Virus record (IMG/VR): IMGVR_UViG_3300036790_000396
Span: 64,001-128,000 of that record
Length of the DNA: 64,000 bases
Source: a virus
Reading direction: 5' to 3' (one strand)
Shown here in pieces: positions 62,925-64,000 of this stretch. The notes beneath the pieces are model-generated. The model saw only the letters and a program-made list of their open reading frames with translations, ran no database searches and was not told where the DNA came from. A program made the translations under genes and the position numbers. Each line of letters opens with the position of its first letter. Positions within the stretch are counted from its first letter, which is position 1.

Positions 62925-63155
62925 ATGGACAGCATGGACAGCACGGAAGATGGCGCGGAACGCATTGCCACGGCAATTCTTGATCTCTACACGAAGCTGG
63001 TGCCCGGACGCCGCGAGAAGCACCCGGTGATGGAGGCGGTCGAGCTGGCCGTCACGGTGTTCGACCCCTCGGCTGAGCCTTACAGTGATTTCGAACTGCA
63101 CAGGGCCTGGGGAAACGTTTCCGGGGAATATTACGCACAGGTGATCGAGGGATGA
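62925..63155 (+). CDS. Hypothetical protein
   Basis: Leaderless-type start after TATCTT. Confidence 0.5.
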   Translation: MDSMDSTEDGAERIATAILDLYTKLVPGRREKHPVMEAVELAVTVFDPSAEPYSDFELHRAWGNVSGEYYAQVIEG

Positions 63156-63328
63156 AGCTCTCCGGACTCATGACCGCCCGGCAGGTGCGCCGGCAGGAGC
63201 CGCTCTCCGTCCGGGTCCGGTACTGGCCGGGCTGGCTGAAGAACCGGATCGAGATCGCCGTCATCCGGCAGCGGCTGCGCGCGCAGAAGGCGCATGCCGG
63301 GTACCTGCGCCGGACCTGGATCCCGTAG
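63152..63328 (+). CDS. Small basic hypothetical protein
   Basis: GAGGG plus ATGA overlap; translated by hand. Confidence 0.4.
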   Translation: MKLSGLMTARQVRRQEPLSVRVRYWPGWLKNRIEIAVIRQRLRAQKAHAGYLRRTWIP

Positions 63329-63342
63329 CTATAATCCTTGGT

Positions 63343-63975
63343 ATGGACATCTACCTCGTGATCCACGAGACACATAACGCCGACACGGAGGTGACTCCCT
63401 TCGTTCTCGACCTCGACGCCTTCCGGTTCGCCTCGCAGCAGGTCCAGGATTCCTTCGCCGGGTCCGGCACCATCCCCGACCCCCGCGAGTTCGAGATGGA
63501 ACTCACGCAGGTCATGGCCGCTGCCGGCTGGATGTGGTACTGCCGCTACCATCCCGAGGGCGACTCGGTCCGCGTCGTGAAGCGGGAGCTGCGCGGCGTC
63601 GAGACGGCTCCCGGGTTCCTTCCCTCCTCCTGGATGCCGTCCCCGGAGGAGACCGCGGAGCTGGCGCAGACCCTCGCGAACGTGACGAACCTCTCCCGCA
63701 CTCCCGTCAAGCCCTTCCTGTATGACGTGTATGACAACCTGGGCCAGGCCGGGCCGTACCCTGTTCCTTCCGTGCGCCTGCCCGGCACGGAGCCGGGCGA
63801 GCACGTTCCCGTCACGGGCACGTGGCACAGCACCGCTGAGGATTCCGCCAGCGACGAGGACGAGTTCGCCGCCTGGTGGGACGAGGCCGCGGAGCTGAGC
63901 AAGTACGAGGACATCCGCCAGGCGGCCCGCAGCACCTGGATGGCGGCGCGCGGCTGGACGGGGGAGAACGGATGA
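63343..63975 (+). CDS. Hypothetical protein (leaderless)
   Basis: TATAAT 7 nt upstream of the ATG. Confidence 0.6.
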   Translation: MDIYLVIHETHNADTEVTPFVLDLDAFRFASQQVQDSFAGSGTIPDPREFEMELTQVMAAAGWMWYCRYHPEGDSVRVVKRELRGVETAPGFLPSSWMPSPEETAELAQTLANVTNLSRTPVKPFLYDVYDNLGQAGPYPVPSVRLPGTEPGEHVPVTGTWHSTAEDSASDEDEFAAWWDEAAELSKYEDIRQAARSTWMAARGWTGENG

Positions 63976-64000
63976 GCGACGGCGGCGCGCACCTGAACCG

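Overview
This window is a 64-kb piece of a large, GC-rich actinobacteriophage genome, most like the mycobacteriophage cluster C (Bxz1/Myrna) and Rhodococcus E3-type myoviruses. That assignment rests on my recollection of the major capsid protein family and on gene order, not on a database search. It covers the head-morphogenesis region on the + strand: an intein-containing Zn-ribbon protein, an intein-containing portal, a SWIM-finger protein, prohead protease/scaffold, head fibre, decoration protein and major capsid protein. Blocks of small early/accessory genes are interspersed, including UDG, a C5 DNA methylase, a BldC-like regulator, a ParB-like protein and a lipoprotein. Main observations: (1) The head genes are expanded into giant polyproteins of shuffled cargo modules (ADP-ribosyltransferase-like, Nudix, 2H phosphoesterase, GNAT, ParB, nucleotidyltransferase, zincin, His-fingers) joined by recurring basic-x-x-Ala linkers that look like prohead-protease sites. 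(2) An HNH endonuclease with its own promoter lies antisense and entirely inside the protease ORF. Its sense-strand translation is stop-free and bracketed by two such linkers, suggesting a homing element silenced by proteolysis rather than by splicing. (3) A second HNH has captured the protease gene's 5' end and supplies a recoded replacement start. (4) A likely programmed -1 frameshift, a structured ncRNA followed by two tRNA-like elements with abnormal anticodon arms, a dispersed palindromic promoter/operator motif, a putative late-promoter motif with RBS-occluding hairpins, and AT-rich recoded patches next to the mobile endonucleases. All functional calls come from motif recognition by eye.
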